This document shows positions 63,201 through 64,000 of a stretch of DNA of 64,000 nucleotides, piece after piece. The DNA is from Marsupella aquatica (lineage: Eukaryota; Plantae; Marchantiophyta). The translations under genes were made by a program, and so were the position numbers. How positions within the stretch are numbered: position 1 is the first letter of the stretch; the number at the start of each line of letters is the position of its first letter. Location: positions 24,016,281 to 24,080,280 of the forward strand of contig OZ316895.1 of assembly GCA_973895155.1 (NCBI GenBank), given 5' to 3'. The notes beneath the pieces were generated by a model that was given only the letters and a program-made list of their open reading frames with translations, was not told the origin of the DNA and did no database searches.

Positions 63201-63605
63201 GACGAAGGGATACTTATCCAGAACTACAATTGTACAAAAAATCAATAAACAGAGGAGGGTCCACTACGCTTGAAAATAAATAAAAGACAAAAAAAAATCA
63301 GCAAATTGTGACAGCTAACTAACCTACTCTGCACGGGTAGGTTCAAGCAATCAAGCAGCTTGCAACGCAACATAGTCCTGTCGAAGACTTGTGGTGTAGA
63401 GTACAGCCTCCGCCGACCTTGTCGGCAAACGACGTTGTACGCAGTACGTGCGTCGCGCCGTCTCCTAACCCTCATCTAATAAGATACCGCGGCTGCGTGG
63501 TCCCGGTGCGTGGCCCGGTTCGGCAGTGGTAGTTCCTCGACAGACTCTCCCACTATACGTGGAAGAGTTCTAGCGTTCGAGAGTTCGAGGGCCCTGTCTT
63601 CTATT

Positions 63606-63820
63606 CTGTCCCTACTCCCTACCATACAGTACAGGTAGAGGGCCCAGGCAAAGGCTGTCCCTATTATACAGTACCGGTAGATGGCAAGGTTGTCCCTACT
63701 GTGCAGTAACCGGTAGATGGCAAGGTTGTCCCTACTGCACAGTAACCGGTAGATGGCAAGGTTGTCCCTACTGTACAGTAACCGGTAGATGGAAAGGCTG
63801 TCCCTACTGTACAGTACCGG
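63606..63820. repeat. 36-bp tandem repeat (~5 copies plus one degenerate), no spacers
   Basis: Unit ggtagatggcaaggttgtccctactgtacagtaacc, containing palindromes TACTGTACAGTA and ACCGGT. Confidence 0.95.
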
Positions 63821-63972
63821 AAAAGGGCCAGGCAAGGCGCGGGGGGGGGGGGGGGGGGGGCCACGAGGGCAGGGAGGGGTGAGGAGGTGGCGAGCTTTGA
63901 GAGGAGGGGGGGGGAAGGCGGGGGCCGCGGGGCGCGCCTTGGAGGCAGAGAACGATGGGCCGAGCGGCCGGG

Positions 63973-63981
63973 TATTTATAG
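63973..63981 (-). promoter_or_regulatory. TATA box (CTATAAATA) in GC-rich context, oriented leftwards
   Basis: Perfect plant TATA consensus followed on the minus strand by a pyrimidine-rich leader. Confidence 0.5.
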
Positions 63982-64000
63982 AAACGGCGGTCTCCTGCAG

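Noticed and set aside
63606-63820. 36-bp repeats of CRISPR-like length with internal palindromes
   Set aside because: Units are directly adjacent with no unique spacers, there are no cas genes, and the context is eukaryotic.

Overview
Eukaryotic land-plant nuclear DNA, most likely a bryophyte/liverwort (inferred from the SERK sequence and gene layout, not proven). Most of the short ORFs in the track are noise. Three intact, spliced protein-coding genes lie on the minus strand, and I reconstructed them exon by exon with GT-AG boundaries and consistent phases. They are a 5-exon TOG/CLASP-N-like HEAT/ARM-repeat protein (4954-7656, 350 aa), an 11-exon SERK/BAK1-family LRR receptor kinase (22159-28116, 636 aa) and a 4-exon giant P-class PPR protein with a C-terminal Smr-like domain, EMB1270-like (52024-57235, ~1480 aa). 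The rest is repeat-rich intergenic DNA: a decayed Ty1/copia pol region (1-2870), a 5'-truncated LINE (~42095-43900), weaker LINE relics, several dispersed degenerate repeats, tandem repeats and microsatellites. The best leads are a miRNA-like foldback at 36354-36435, fungal-looking motifs in the copia element, a recurrent GCCCGCGGGC palindrome upstream of SERK, a uORF cluster in the SERK leader, a cell-cycle-type cis-element cluster upstream of the TOG gene, a tRNA-Asn-like 3' half beside the LINE tail, and a TATA-led unit carrying a 36-bp palindromic tandem repeat at the right edge. No CRISPR array, rRNA or complete tRNA was seen. All homology calls come from motif recall, not database searches.
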